NCBI RefSeq assembly: GCF_001194135.2
Contig: NC_068986.1
Coordinates: 99,582,880-99,616,361 of the forward strand
Direction of reading: 5' to 3'
From: Octopus bimaculoides
Taxonomy: Eukaryota
DNA length: 33,482 nucleotides
Shown: positions 10,191 through 21,699 of the stretch, one piece after another
Layout: every line of letters begins with the position of its first letter
How positions within the stretch are numbered: the first letter of the stretch is position 1
Notes under the pieces: generated by a model
Told to the model about the DNA's origin: nothing
Seen by the model: the letters and a program-made list of their open reading frames with translations, nothing else
The model's database searches: none
Program-made: the position numbers and the translations under genes

Positions 10191-10754
10191 CTTACTCTAG
10201 AAGCGACTAGTCTAGTAACAAATTCTTGTCTTTGTTTGTGATGTTAATGTGAAATCATAGTCGTTGACTGTTGAGGATTGAATGTGCATTATAAGATTAA
10301 TGAACTATCCATTCCCAAAGCGAAGTCGATATAGATATATACTTAATACATACATACAGTGGTTATTTACTGAACACTGATAAAAGCGTCAGTTTGTTTT
10401 ATTCATTCGCGCTGTTTAACAGAAACGCTGATGTGTGTACTGTTTTAATAACAGTTGAAACGCGTAGAATGTATATTTACTACAGCCATTATTGCTGTTT
10501 TTTTTCTTCTTACATTAGCACAGTCATATAAATTTGTTATTGATGGGTATAGTTGATTGAATCGACTCCAATATATACTGTTTCTTTTATATAGCGCCTC
10601 TTCTCCACACACCGAAACATTAAGTAGCTCTTGGTAAGATTTGATCTCGAAATATTGAAAGTATTTTGTCTCAATGTATTCAATCCAAGAACATTCGTCA
10701 ATTTCTACCAAACCACTGAGTTTTTCTGTTGGAAATTTTGCCCAACAAACACTG

Positions 10755-10965
10755 CACTTGGTAGATGGTCGAAAAATATTTTTTGCAGTATTTATTCTCG
10801 TACTTCAATATCAGGAGTTCAAATCCTGCCGAAGTGAACTTTATGTGTTATCCTTTAGTGGTCTATACAATAAAGTACTAGTCAAGAACGAGAGTAGCTG
10901 GTATCTACTAAGCCCCCTCTCCTCAAAACTTCTGGCTTTATGTCTATAATAGAAACCCTTATTTA
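10755..10965 (+). mobile_element. Old diverged family A SINE
   Basis: GGAGTTCAAATCCTGCCGAAGTGAACTTT...ATCCTTTAGTGGTC...AAAGTACTAGT...CCCCTCTCCTCAAAACTTCTGGCTTTATGTCTATAATAGAAA is collinear with 7148-7360. Confidence 0.65.
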
Positions 10966-11799
10966 ATCCGCTGAGCAGGCGGAATCATTAGACCATCGAT
11001 AAAAGATTACTGACAGTCCTCCTTTCTGTTCTATACGTTCGAAGTTGAAATCTCGCCGAAGTCAGTTGTAGTTTTCCTCCTTCCCGAGGGGAAAAAATCG
11101 CATTGCATCCTTTCTTCTTCTGGTTCTTTAGGTTCTGGGTTAACTTTGCTTTTTCTCCTTCTGGAGTCAATAAACTCAATACTAGTGAAGGACTGAGGTC
11201 AATTTACCTCAAAACTATTGATTTTTCGTTAAACTTCAAAACAAGTTATTTGACCATATTATGTTTGGTTGTGGGTTCAAAACTCGCCTGGGTCAACTTT
11301 ATTTTTAAAAACTTTATTGTTCGTGCTTATTCCCCTAAGTCAGCGCTTTCCACCTTACGAATGAGCCTAAGTATTTCAGTCGTGACAATCTCGTCCTTTT
11401 TCTGATATTGTGTATATAAGACTGTACTGTTGGATGTCTTATTCTCTTCATTTTATGGTGTAAAAGATATAATATGCGGTAGAGTTGGCTTTTTCAATCA
11501 GATTATATGATCCAATCGAAGGGTCCTACATTAAGTTCGACAAAATTTGCACCAAGCATGTACTGGGTCATTGAAATCTCATAACCTTGACGCCTTATCT
11601 CTTTACTAGAAATATTTCTCACCTCAATTATATGAGTGATGCTATTGTTAGTGGAGGAAAAACTTGAGATCCTAAAAGTATCAATGTTTCATAACAGTAA
11701 ATCGTGCGTTCAAACAACTAGACAGTCGACTGTGACAAAGTGTCTGCGATATTTGTTTACGCACTCTTAAGTTCTGTCAAAGTTGATTTGTTTGTATAT

Positions 11800-11930
11800 T
11801 TTTACATCTGCCTTCGTTAAGGGGGAGGTGTTGTTTTCAGTCGTGTTTGTTTGCTTGTTTGTCTGTGGACAAGATATCTCAAGAAGCGCTGGATGAATTC
11901 GGACTACTTTCCGGTTTTTCTACTTAGTAC
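11800..11930 (+). mobile_element. Possible Helentron-associated non-autonomous element (HINE/DINE-1-like) 5' fragment
   Basis: TTTTTACATCTGCC...GGGGGAGGTGTTGTTTTCAGTCGTGTTTGTTTGCTTGTTTGTCTGT...ATATCTCAAGAAGCGCTGGATGAATTCGG resembles the recalled HINE layout (T-rich start, GGAGG, GTTT/GTCT microsatellite core). Recognised from memory only. Confidence 0.45.
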
Positions 11931-12133
11931 TACGGTCGGGTTCATTTTTAGTATTCTCTTTTGTGAAAGCGGTCGAGTTTATTCCAGATATTCTCATTTA
12001 AAAAATCCTCTCCGGCTAATCGTTGGGAGGACGTTGGTGTAGTTTATGAATGTTTTTTAAATTTGTGTATATTTATTTTATTATAAATGCAAAACAACAT
12101 CACGGAGAAATCGACGTAAGCTTAAATAATAAA

Positions 12134-12171
12134 CCGCGATAGGTGAACCGCGATATAGCGAAGGACTACTG
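12134..12171 (-). mobile_element. Solo pogo/Tigger-like terminal inverted repeat followed by TA
   Basis: The reverse complement reads CAGTAGTCCTTCGCTATATCGCGGTTCACCTATCGCGG, with TA at 12172-12173. No partner TIR found. Confidence 0.55.
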
Positions 12172-12399
12172 TATTTAAACCTTTAAGCAGTGTTGGAGTC
12201 ATATGTCACATTGTATCATCGACCGCCTGGTTACTCTTCTCACTATATCTATTCGCAGCATCTGTATTCTATAATGAAATGTTTGATAGTGAAATGTTTG
12301 ACAATCCGGTGTATGGCCTCCTAGCTCTCTGTCTACGATTTCTTAAATATGTTTCTTATATATCTTTCTTTAAATTTTATTATTTGGTTTATATCACTA

Positions 12400-12735
12400 T
12401 ATTTTATATAAGTGTATAAATGTTGGGCTGTGAGTGTGTGCGTGTATATATATACGCGCATATATCATTTCACGCTGAGGCATGCGTGTGTATACGTATA
12501 TGCGTACACGCACACATACATATACATATGCATATATGGGCATGTCTACGTATATATATCTGTGTGTGTGTATATATGTGAGTGTATGTATATATGTATA
12601 TATACGTATATGTATGCATGTATATGTATATATATGTGTGCATATATGTATATATTTATATGTATGAATGTGAGTACATATCTTTATATATCTGTGTTGT
12701 TTGTGTGTATGTGTATGTATATATATATTATTTTT
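12400..12735. repeat. (TA)/(TG)-rich low-complexity tract
   Basis: Direct. Confidence 0.85.
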
Positions 12736-12737
12736 TT

Positions 12738-13036
12738 CGCCCTTTTCAAGCCTAGCCAGGCTCATGGGCCCGGTTCCCCACTTTCTATGGCGCATGTGTT
12801 CCCCACAGCTGGACGGGATGCCAGTCCATCGCAGCGTTACTCAAGAAACAGGAAGAAAGAGTGAGAGAAAGTTGGGGCGAAAGAGTACAACAGGGGTCGC
12901 ACCACCCCCTGCCGGAGCCTCGTGGAGCTTTAGCTGCTTTCGCTCTATAAACACACACAACACCCGGTCTGGGAATCAAAACCGCGGTCAGAGGATCGCG
13001 AGTCCGCTACCCCAACCACTGGGCCATTGCGCCTCC
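12738..13036 (-). mobile_element. Family C tRNA-derived SINE, alternative-tail variant
   Basis: Head GGAGGCGCAATGGCCCAGTGGTT...GATTCCCAGACCGGG and body match 29600-29804, but the 3' part differs (GCTGCGATGGACTGGCATCCCGTCCAGC...GGGCCCATGAGCCTGGCTAGGCTTGAAAAGGGCG). Confidence 0.85.
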
Positions 13037-13744
13037 ACGTATATATGTATACATATGTGTAAATGTGTATGAGTGTATCTATACTTTTGTGCATGAGTGT
13101 GTGTGTTTGTGTGTGTGTGTATGTGTGTGTTTGTGTGTACAAGAGAGAAAAAATGATGACACTTTCATAACTGTCTGCTACCCTGAGGTGTGCTTTCTTT
13201 TATCTTACTGAACCGACAAGATATCTTCTTGCTTTTAATGATCATCAGGATATATCAAAACTACATCTTGTCTATGTTTCTTGCAGCTCCTCATAGCAAG
13301 TTATGGCTATAAACTAATTAAGATAATTGTTTGATATAATGTTTGATCTCTTTGCTTCTCGCATGCCTGGTATGCTTCTGATTTATCTACAAATTGGAAT
13401 GTTCTTTTGTAATATACCACTTATCCAGTATATTGTTGGATATGCCATCATCAAGATTTTACGTCACCTGTACATTTGCTGATGTGCGTAAATTTTTGTC
13501 AAACTGCAAGAAATTCACTAATGGTACACGAAGTAGTGTCCTAAGATCCGATGATGTGTTTTCACATATGTTGCTTTTGAGAATTTCCTTTCGAGACTGT
13601 TTCCACTGTGAAAATCTTTCTCACACCCGAGGGTACACGAACGTATTAAATATAATTGTATAACGTCGTATTTCAATGAATGCTATTTCGTGCATACACA
13701 CACACAAACACACTTACATGCGTGCACCATGCTTCTTTTATGTG

Positions 13745-14090
13745 TTCCAGTCACTTGACTGCGGCCATGCTGGAGCACGGCCTTTAGTCGAGCAAATCGA
13801 TCCCAGGAATTATTCTTTGTAAGCGTAGTACTTTTACCGAAGCGCTGTTACATGGACGTAAACACACAAACATCGGCTGTCAAGCGATGGTGGGAGACAG
13901 ACACACACACACAAATACATACATATATATACGACAAGCTCCTCCTTTCAGTTTCCGTCTACCAAATCCACTCACAAGGCTCTGGTCGGCCCGAAGATAT
14001 AGGAGGAGACACCTGCCCAGGGTACCACGCAGTAGAAATGAACCCAGAACCATGTGGTTGGGAAGCAAGCATCTTACCATACAGTCACTT
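13745..14090 (-). mobile_element. Family B SINE (CORE-like head + microsatellite + 3' module), complete
   Basis: tRNA-like head and CORE-like CCTGGGCAGGTGTCT block, then (TA)/(TG) run, then module ending CCAGCATGGCCGCAGTCAAGTGACTGG. Collinear with 29832-30350. Confidence 0.85.
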
Positions 14091-15694
14091 TCTTTTCCAT
14101 CTTTTCTTTTCCTACACGGACGTTTAAACGAACGGACGTGTTTTTCTCTCTCTTCTATCTTTTNNNNNNNNNNNNNNNNNNNNNNNNNNNNNNNNNNNNN
14201 NNNNNNNNNNNNNNNNNNNNNNNNNNNNNNNNNNNNNNNNNNNNNNNNNNNNNNNNNNNNNNNNNNNNNNNNNNNNNNNNNNNNNNNNNNNNNNNNNNNN
14301 NNNNNNNNNNNNNNNNNNNNNNNNNNNNNNNNNNNNNNNNNNNNNNNNNNNNNNNNNNNNNNNNNNNNNNNNNNNNNNNNNNNNNNNNNNNNNNNNNNNN
14401 NNNNNNNNNNNNNNNNNNNNNNNNNNNNNNNNNNNNNNNNNNNNNNNNNNNNNNNNNNNNNNNNNNNNNNNNNNNNNNNNNNNNNNNNNNNNNNNNNNNN
14501 NNNNNNNNNNNNNNNNNNNNNNNNNNNNNNNNNNNNNNNNNNNNNNNNNNNNNNNNNNNNNNNNNNNNNNNNNNNNNNNNNNNNNNNNNNNNNNNNNNNN
14601 NNNNNNNNNNNNNNNNNNNNNNNNNNNNNNNNNNNNNNNNNNNNNNNNNNNNNNNNNNNNNNATATATATATATATATACATACACACACATACACGCAC
14701 AAACCCACACATATACACACACATAAACGCACAGATTTAAATATACATAAATTTTGAGGTTCCGATAGAAGAATAATCAGATGAACTTGTTTAGCGTACT
14801 GTGTATTATCCGATAATCTTTCAGTGATCCGAAAAATACCTAGCGGTGATTTTTCAATCATTCTTTAGCAATATTTACAGCCGACGAGTTTCTCTTATCA
14901 TGGGGTATCATTGGATGCTTGCTATTGACGAAGCTCAAAAAAGCAGAAATACTTATTTAAAAACGTCACACCGCTGCTGAGTAATGTTTTCCCGCTTTTC
15001 CTGTGTTTCTTTTAATACTCACATCTATAAGAAATGTTTTATCGAAATTGCGCACTCTTTAAGTATGCTATAGTTTAACACTCTTTATGTATGATATAGG
15101 AATTGCTTCATATGTATGTGTGTGTGCGTGCGTGTGCGTGTGTGTGTGTATGTGTGTAGTATAACCAAAATTGTGGTTTGTCGGTTGATTTGTCCAGTCA
15201 CGCTTTGCATCGTATAGAGAAAGGAAGAAAGAAAGAAAATGAGAGAGAGAGAAATATAAAGAGTTAGCATAAGCGTTGCAGGATAAATGCACTTGCTAGG
15301 CTTGGAGATAGGCAATGAAGTATAGGAACGCCACATACGCACAGACATAGGAGAGAAGGAATCATAGAGACCACGAAGGAGAATTAGGGAGAAGGAGGAG
15401 GGGACAATGGAAAGGAAAAGAGGGAGAAGGAGAGAGAGAAAAAGGAAATAGAATAAATTAGAGAAGTTGGGGGAGGAGTTATACAAATGAGAAATTTGTT
15501 TCATTAAATATATTGAAACGTAATGAATATTTTTCTTCCGGAAATTAGTCTTCATTTCATTATTTTGTGTAAGCAACAAACATTTCATAAAGGTTAAATT
15601 ATGATAATTGTATGTACACCACATTTCCTAATATTACTTATAGTGACTAAAATATACTTCAAAACTCACCCACCATATGATAGGTAACACTCTG

Positions 15695-15695
15695 A

Positions 15696-15738
<43 letters not shown>

Positions 15739-15786
15739 TCAGCTCTCTCTCTCTTTCTCTCTCTCTCTCTCTATCTATCTATCTAA

Positions 15787-15839
<53 letters not shown>

Positions 15840-15854
15840 GATCGATCGATCTAT

Positions 15855-15898
<44 letters not shown>

Positions 15899-15922
15899 TT
15901 ATCTAACTAACTAACTAACTAG
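15695..15922. repeat. (TCTA)n with (CT)n, (GATC)n and (CTAA)n variants
   Basis: Direct. Confidence 0.95.
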
Positions 15923-16969
15923 CTATAAAGTATGTCGATTTACGTGTGGTTGTCTTGTGGATATTTTGTTGTGTAAAAATTCTCCACTTCACGGATCACT
16001 GAGCCAAAGCGTTGCTTCCAGTTGTAACGTCAGACCAAATATAAAAAAAAAATACTGAAATAATTCTTGTTTTTAAACTTAAAGAAAATACTGAAAATGC
16101 TAAAAAATGAAAAATACTAAAGTTCGGTTATATAAGATAGACTGACTATGCACTTCAAACTGAGACCTCATGTATACGGTTGGAAACATTCTAGTTGAAT
16201 CGAGACCGAAATGATTTAAACTCGTTTGTATTTTATCTCTATTTAATGTTTTCTTAGCGTTTAAAAAACGTTTTTTAAATATTCTACCTAGGTTTTCTTT
16301 CTTTATACGCATAGACACAGTTTTATACTGTTATATTTGTATATTTTTAATGCTGTAATACCTTTTGATTTCTACATTTTCCTTTTTCCTTGGTATTATT
16401 TTAATTAAAACAATTTTCAAACAAGTGATACGTTAATTTTCTTTGTTCTACAAGTTTTAAGTTGCCGCAGACAAAAACGTTTTTTAATCGTTGATGTAAT
16501 TCAAGATATTTATGAAACCATGCAACGTCAGCTACTTGCTTCCAGTGTAATTTATGTAGTGTAGTAGTCTCGGTCCAGAAAAAGGAAAAAAAATTACGGA
16601 AATAGAAGTCACAGAAAAACATCAGAAGAAAACTGTAAAAAACACAACTGAATTAATTTTTTGTTTCATTATTATATTTAGAATAAGGCCTAAAACGTGT
16701 TTTTTTTTTATATACATGTAATGGCGTTATATAAATTTGTGTTATAATTGTGAGCAAGATTTATATATTGTGTTTAATATATGAGTTAGAATCTATGTTT
16801 TAAACTGTAAGGCAAAATGTGTGACACTACCACCTGGTTAGTTGAAGGAAGAGGCAAAAAGAAAGAAAGAGAGGGAAGAGTGTTAGCGGTGAGAGCTAGG
16901 AAAAAGAGATTGGAGTTATGTTATGTGGTTGATTAGTTAGATGAAGGAAAGATAGAAAGGAAGAAAGAA

Positions 16970-16971
<2 letters not shown>

Positions 16972-17028
<57 letters not shown>

Positions 17029-17030
17029 TA
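16972..17030. repeat. (GA)n microsatellite
   Basis: Direct. Confidence 0.95.
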
Positions 17031-18679
17031 AAGCAAGAGAGAAATAGCTGTTTAGCGCAGGAGAATGTTTAATTGAAGGAGTAGCAAAGTGTGTGTGTGT
17101 GTGTGTGTGTGTCTTTGTGTATCTGCGTGTACGTGTGTATGTGAGCGTGTGTGTGTGTATGTCCTAAGTGAAGGGAATGTGGGAGTGAAAAACGCTATAA
17201 CAGTCAATTCAAGTATCAAATGCTATAAAAGAAATGTACAATTCTATTTTAACATTTTCAAAATAAAAAAATTCTCGGGTATTGCAAATATTAAGATATT
17301 TATCGTTTACGGTATTTAAATTAAAATGACGTTATCTTTTTCTGTGACTTTATTTCCGCTCACCATCTCAATGAGTCATACCGATATTTCTCCATAACTG
17401 TCCCTTAATTTAATTAAGAAATCATTATTGACATAATTCTAATTATGATATATATGATTAACTCCATAGAAAAGTGATCTGTATTACACTGTTGAACATC
17501 GTTTTTATTCGTAGTGGTTTCAAGTTCTGAGTTTCGACGTACATCTTTCTTTAAAAATATAGAAACAATAATATCGTGGAGTTGATCTAACGAGGATGTA
17601 TCTTACATGGTCACAGTCACTGTTAGAAATAGCAACAAATATCTCTCAATTCATCACCCATGTTAAAAAAACAATCTGTTTAAAAAATAAATAGAAAAAT
17701 ATATTATGAATTCCTAAATACACATATACAAAACGAGAAATTCACGTCTGCTTCGCTTTTGATAATGAATCAAGGTTGATCTTGAGCTAAACAGCAATAA
17801 AAAATCATTGAATATATTGAAGTTATTTTCTTCTTAAAAATTTTAATTCCTGTTTAATAAAATGAAATGAAACGTCTTTGTCGCAGTTGGGCCATACGCA
17901 ATTTAAGGAAATGAAAATATATTGATCAACAAAAGTTATACAAGCAACCGGACAAAATCTCATTTTAAAGATATCTGAAATCTTAAATCAGCAAGAACGG
18001 ATATAATCCAATAAAATTAATTGATCGTAATATATAGAGAATACGGATTAGAGTACATCAGGCTTGGAAAGACCAACTAAATGTTTCGGATTATTAGATC
18101 TGGTGTCTTAAGTCTAGTTTCGAACCATCTCACTCAGATTCTCATCTTAGAACCACAGCTTAGCCGTAAGACAACAGCAGCTACGCGAAATTAACTGTAT
18201 CGCTATAAAAGACATGTATGCTTAGGTGGTATGTGTTTTATCAATCACACAATGGTTTATTTCAAAGAAAGTTGTGTGAAATTCCCACCAAATAGCTTTG
18301 CCGAAGGTTCCTGACTATTTGCAGTAGGTTATAAAAGCTGAAAGTATTGAAGTCAAAGACAGTATCAACTCATGCGCTATACGGAACTCTGTCACCCGGT
18401 TCCTTAAATGATGCTCTAACTTTTTTTTGCTTGTTTTGCATAACATCAGAACTTACTTCCTATATCGTGTTCGGCGTTGGGTTATAATGTCGACGTACAA
18501 ACACGAATGATGGATACAAACGTTTTTACATATTTATATACACGCAAATATCCTTACAAATATTATTACTAGCTCTTTTCCTGTTTACAATAAGTTTGCA
18601 CGATTACCGCATAACAATATTAACTAAAACACCATTTCTATCGTATGCAGTGTGAACTTTTAAGTACACGCTAACACAG

Positions 18680-18784
18680 ATACACACACACACAAACACC
18701 CACACACATACACACACATATATGTACATATGTACATATCTATATATATATATATATATATACATGTACATAGATATATACATG

Positions 18785-18882
<98 letters not shown>
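18680..18882. repeat. (CA)n/(TA)n compound microsatellite
   Basis: Direct. Confidence 0.9.
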
Positions 18883-18883
<1 letters not shown>

Positions 18884-19274
18884 GCGAGTAAAAATAAATA
18901 CAAAAAAATGGTGGATTTTTTTGTATGATTGTGTATAGAGGAATATATTATTTTGCTTATATATATATGCATACATATACGAACACACACACTGCTTGAA
19001 ATAATAAATATATGGAAACGAAAATTAGCTTTAATGCGATCATTGTCTTTCTACCAAGTAGCCTACCAACTTAACTTCCTATTTTGTGTTTCACCAATAT
19101 GATGTGCTGACCACCCATAAAACCGCTGCAGCGAAGCATAAAATACGTAATTGACAATGTTAAGAGTGATAAATACATAGAGGGATCAGAGAAATGAAGT
19201 TGATTATGAAGATGAAGGATATGAAGAAGCGAAAACATCTCAGAAGACTATACTGCATAATAAATGCAAATATA

Positions 19275-20486
19275 TTCGGCCATCCCATAAAATATGCGGT
19301 TATTTCAATTCCATGAACCAAAAGTCGGAGGGCAACGGGATAAACCTCTTGCATCAACTTGCTATAAGAGCGGGTAGTAATTTTACCTTTTACTTTTCTA
19401 TAATGGAAGTGGCAAAGGAGCATATTCAGCGTATTTACTTTATGAATTCAATAAAGGTAACAACGCAACGGCAAGTGCGAGGAATATTAATGCATTATAT
19501 GTGTATCGGAAAATAAGCATAAGCCAGTTTCAACGGTGGTTCCAGAAATTCCGAGCCGGAAACTACAGCCTAAATGACGAGCCTCGTTCTGGATGATCTG
19601 TAGAGATCGTCGAGGACGCACTGCAAAGCCTGGTGTAACAAAATCCCATCGTAACTATTGAGGAACTGGCAGAGAAGCTTGTATTTGGCAATTCAACCAT
19701 TCATCGACATCCGCGTGCCATCGGAAAAGTCAGCAAATTGGGTCAGTGGGTTCCTCACAAACTTTTTGAGTCTAATCGCGTGCAGAGAAGGAATGTGTGC
19801 TCTTCTTTGCTGTCACGTCTCATAAATGAACCTTTTTTTTGACCAAATAGTGACTGGGTTCGCTATAAAAATGTAATGCGTCGAAGACAGTGGGTAGGGA
19901 AATAAGAAATACCGGTACCAGGCTAAAGGAGGTCTTCCCCCACGTAAGGTGTTGTTATCTGTTTGGTGGGATATGAAAGGTTTAGTTCACCTTGAACATT
20001 TAAACCCAAACCAAACGATAAGAAAGGAGATCTACTGCGAGTAGCTTGAGCGGCCAAAGTCAGCGCTAGAAGAAAAATTATCATCTTTGGTTTCAAGACG
20101 AAAGTGATTCTTCCATCAAGATCATTCTCGGCCACTTACAGTAAGGATGACATTCCAAAGACTGGAGCAATTTGAATGGGAAACGATGCCTCACTCACAA
20201 TATTCGCCGGACAGTTTCCCATCTGATTATCATTTATTCCGCAGTCTTCAAAATCATTTGGACAGAAAAAATATGAATTCTGTAGATGTGGTCAGAAAAG
20301 TCCTGGAAGAGTATCTGTCGTCACAGACAAGTGGCGTTTGGGAGAGAGGCCTTGCAAGTCAGCCAGGTAGATGGAAAAGCATTGTAGAAAATGAAGGAGA
20401 ATATATTTTAGATTAAAAAAGAATTTTGTTTATCTTTTGAAAAATAAAAGTATAAAATAAACCTCATTATTTATGGGATTACCTAA
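19275..20486 (+). mobile_element. Near full-length mariner (DD34D) DNA transposon, inactive
   Basis: 27-bp TIRs TTCGGCCATCCCATAAAATATGCGGTT and AACCTCATTATTTATGGGATTACCTAA match 21/27. TA flanks both sides (19273-19274, 20487-20488). Length is 1212 bp and it encloses a transposase pseudogene. Confidence 0.93.
19403..20416 (+). pseudogene. Mariner transposase pseudogene (Hsmar1/cecropia-like)
   Basis: MEVAKEHI..LLYEFNKGNNATASARNI...RWFQKFRAGNYSLNDEPRSG, WVPHKL at 19747, LLSVWWDMKG and YSPD. The second D (20120) and third D (in PSDYHLF) are separated by exactly 34 residues. Several stops and frameshifts; the first catalytic D (GDEKW) is deleted. Confidence 0.9.
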
Positions 20487-20639
20487 TAGTATGATTTGGC
20501 ATAGGAGATATTTGTAATAAAGTCAGGCTAGGTATCTCATCTGGTTTAGACCTGCTAGTGGTATTATGTAAATCAGTACTACCTCTTCCATGGTCGAGTG
20601 GTCGGCGACTAAACCGGTTCCTCCACTTGAGTAGATTGC

Positions 20640-20825
20640 TCCGCTTTTGAGGAAGGTGTCTGCACACCAACCGGGATTGAGAATAAGACCTGTCGAAGGA
20701 CGGAAGAGCTATTTGTGGGCCAACGGAGATTCAATTGGGGAAAGCAATGGCAAGCTACCCGAATATTTCTGCCAAGAAAACAAACATTAAGGGAAAGTCA
20801 GAACGAAGTGATGATATGGATTCAT
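20640..20825 (+). mobile_element. Probable RTE-clade LINE 5'-region fragment
   Basis: GGAAAGCAATGGCAAGCTACCCGAATATTTCTGCCAAGAAAAC resembles the recalled BovB/RTE motif GGCAATGGCAAACCACTCCAGTATCTTTGCCAAGAAAAC. From memory, not searched. Confidence 0.5.
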
Positions 20826-20842
20826 CCGATGGGAGAATCATA

Positions 20843-21080
20843 CACACACACATACATACATACATACATACATACATACATACATGCATACACGTACAAT
20901 CACACAAGGACACACACAGGGAGACATATCCATATATAAGAGATGCACGTACATAGTCACAAAACTATACCTATAGACACACACATTCATACATACATAC
21001 ATACCTACCTACATACATACATACATACATACATACATACATACACACAGATGTGTATACACATGTAAACTGACATGCAC
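20843..21080. repeat. (TACA)n-rich tract
   Basis: Direct. Confidence 0.85.
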
Positions 21081-21404
21081 ACACGAACACTAACAAACAA
21101 AAAGGACGCAGCTTTTATAACGGACAGAGTCAACGACTATTGAAGAGGCTGCAAGACACAACGAAAACTTTAGAAAAAATAAATAAGTAAATGAATGGAA
21201 ATCAAACCGGTGAGTGTGTTACGTAATAAATCACTAAATCAGAATGACTCTCCCCAGACAATAAAAATGCGTAGTTCTTTTGTCCTTTTCTATTTAGATT
21301 TAGTTAAATATAGCGCATCGTGCTTATCGCCATCACAAGTGATGTAATCAAGGTATGAAATCAATTGCCTTTAACGAATTTCACCTTTATATATATTCGT
21401 ACCA

Positions 21405-21585
21405 AGGTGGCGACCTAGCAGAATGCTTAGTGGCATTTATTCTGACTCGTTACGTTCTGAGTTCAAATCGCATCCACATGAGCTTTACTTTTCATCCCCT
21501 CGTGATCGATAGAATACAATTAACAGTCAAGTACAGGTGTCGAGGTTATCGACTTGACCCCTCTCTTCGACGTTGCTGGCATTGA
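21405..21585 (+). mobile_element. Diverged family A SINE
   Basis: AAGGTGGCGACCTAGCAGAA...CGTTACGTTCTGAGTTCAAAT...CTTTTCATCCC...GTCGAGGTTATCGACT. Confidence 0.7.
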
Positions 21586-21699
21586 ACCCCACAACAGACT
21601 AGTGTCTTGTTCAGGGGCGATGTTGTGATGTCGGTCACTTCGTATACAAATGAAACCGAGTAAGACGCCTTAGAAGTTCTTGTGATCTATAAAAGATAT

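Noticed and set aside
13300-13660. Minus-strand peptides loosely like a C2H2 finger (CTLGCEKDF...KTHHRI) or a copia RNase H (HARSKEIKHYI)
   Set aside because: Cys/His spacing is wrong, the motifs are short and stop-interrupted, and the two readings conflict.
14881-14980. Candidate exon reading ...YHWMLAIDEAQKSRN..., like a SNF2 Walker B
   Set aside because: An in-frame TGA lies immediately before the only nearby GT donor, and no other helicase exons are seen.
16471-16546. Possible short exon (QKRFLIVDVIQDIYETMQRQLLASS)
   Set aside because: Unrecognised peptide with weak splice signals; expected by chance.
20590-20700. HDV-like ribozyme
   Set aside because: P1, P3 and P1.1 could not be paired consistently; kept only as a test under the RTE finding.
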